NCBI RefSeq assembly: GCF_036365525.1
Contig: NC_090404.1
Location: 4,464,001 to 4,528,000 of the forward strand
Direction of reading: 5' to 3'
Length of the DNA stretch: 64,000 nucleotides
Source: Heterodontus francisci
Lineage: Eukaryota
Shown here: in pieces, positions 62,540-64,000 of the stretch
How the letters are laid out: every line of letters begins with the position of its first letter
Numbering within the stretch: position 1 is the first letter of the stretch
The notes under the pieces: generated by a model
Databases searched by the model: none
What the model saw: only the letters and a program-made list of their open reading frames with translations
Told to the model about the DNA's origin: nothing
Made by a program: the position numbers and the translations under genes

Positions 62540-63640
62540 CGGAGGTGGGCATCTCTGGTGAGGTCAGTATTTAATACCTGTCTCTACTTGCCTTTGATAA
62601 GGTGGTGGTGAGCTGCCTTCTTGAACTACCGCAGTCCTGGGGGTGTAGGTTCACCCACAGTGCTATTAGGAAGGGAGCTCCAGGATTTTGACCCAGCAAC
62701 AGTGAAGGAACGGCGCTTCAGTTTCAAGTCAGGATGGTGTGTGGTTTGGAGGGGAACTTGCAGCTGCTGGCGTTCCTAAGTTTCTACCGTTCTTGTCCTT
62801 CTAGGTGTTAGAGATCACGGGAATGGAAGGTACTGTCCAAGGCAACTTGGTGCGTTGCTGCAGTGCATCTTGGAGATGGTACACACTGCTGCTACTGTGT
62901 GTGGGTGGTGGAGTGAGTGAATGCTGAAGGTTGTGGATGTGATGCCGATCAAGCGGGCTGCATTCTCCTGGATGGTGTCGAGCTTCCTGACTGTTGTTGG
63001 AGCTGCACGCCTACAGGCAAATAGAGGGTATTCCATCACACTCCTGACTTATGCATGTAGGTGGAGGACAGGCTTTGTGGAGACAGTAAGTTAGTCACTC
63101 GCTGCAGAATTCCTAGCCTCTGACCTGCTCTCGTAGCCATAGTACTTTTATGGCTGGTCCAATTCAGTTTCTGGTCAATGATAACCTGCAGAATTAGGTA
63201 CGTGGGGGATTCAGCAATGGCAATGGTATTGTACATCAAGGGAAGATGGTTCGATTCTCTTTTGTTTGAGATGGTCATTGCCTGGCTCCTGCCTTGTGTG
63301 AAGTTTACCTGCCACTTATCAGCCCAAGCCTGGATGTTGTCCAGTTCTTGCTGCATCTGGATACGGACTGCCACGAATGGTGCTGAACATTGTGCAATCC
63401 TCAGCGAGTATACCAATTCTGACCTTATTATTGAAGGAAGGTCATTGACGAAGCAGCTGAGGATGGTCTTTCCTCGGACACTACCCTGAGGAACCCATGC
63501 AGTGATGTCCTGGGACTGCGATGATTGACCTCCAACAACCACAACCATCTTCATTTGTCCAGGTATGACTCCAACCAGCGGAAATGTTCCCCCTTGATTC
63601 TCATGGACACCCGTTTTGCTCAGGCTCCTTGATGCTATAC
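62540..63640 (-). mobile_element. Non-LTR retrotransposon RT and 3' end (same family as 45560-46940)
   Basis: VPQGSV, WADKWQV and RAGQRLGIL motifs, collinear with the 45.6-46.7 kb copy. Confidence 0.87.
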
Positions 63641-64000
63641 TCCTGCTACCATTTTGGTTTACTTCCTCTGCACTCGCTTCAATGTCTTGAGATTCTTTTT
63701 CAATCGTGGGGACAGATGTTAAGCTAACAGGCATATAATTTCCTGCTGTCTGTCACACCACATTTTGCGAGTTTTCAATCCTCTCGGAGGTTTCCAGAAT
63801 CTAGGGTATTTTGGGAGATTGCAACCAATATATCCACTATCTCTACAGTGACTTCTTTTAAAGGGAGCTGGAATGGAGCAAGGTGAGGGGATCCCTCGGC
63901 TGGTGTTCAGTGAGTTCAGGAAGATGGTATCAGAGGGAATGGAGCAGGGAGAGAAGATTCCTGGGGTGATCTTCAGTGAGTTCAAGGAGATGGTGTAAGA

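Overview
Cartilaginous-fish (shark) genomic DNA. The CH1/CH2 translation closely resembles the horn shark Heterodontus francisci IgM as I recall it; this is unverified. Positions ~1-11.2 kb, minus strand, hold an apparently intact, unrearranged IgM heavy-chain cluster: leader-VH-(23)...(12)D1(22)...(12)D2(12)...(23)JH, a 7.5 kb intron, then CH1 and CH2. CH3, CH4 and TM exons should lie off the left edge. A 360-N assembly gap (12808-13167) is followed by ~36 kb of nested CR1 LINEs, V-SINEs, DeuSINEs, Penelope-like elements with hammerhead-ribozyme-like termini, minisatellites and a locally amplified composite repeat. From ~49.9 to 62 kb there are at least five mutually divergent TCR alpha/delta-type V pseudogenes that the ORF track does not show as genes (one minus, four plus strand, three with full 23-bp RSSs). 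A truncated promoter/leader of a sixth V lies at 61.8 kb. The main point of interest is a B-cell IgM cluster next to a dense array of decayed T-cell receptor V segments with RSSs compatible with the IgM D segments. That linkage spans the assembly gap and needs confirming.
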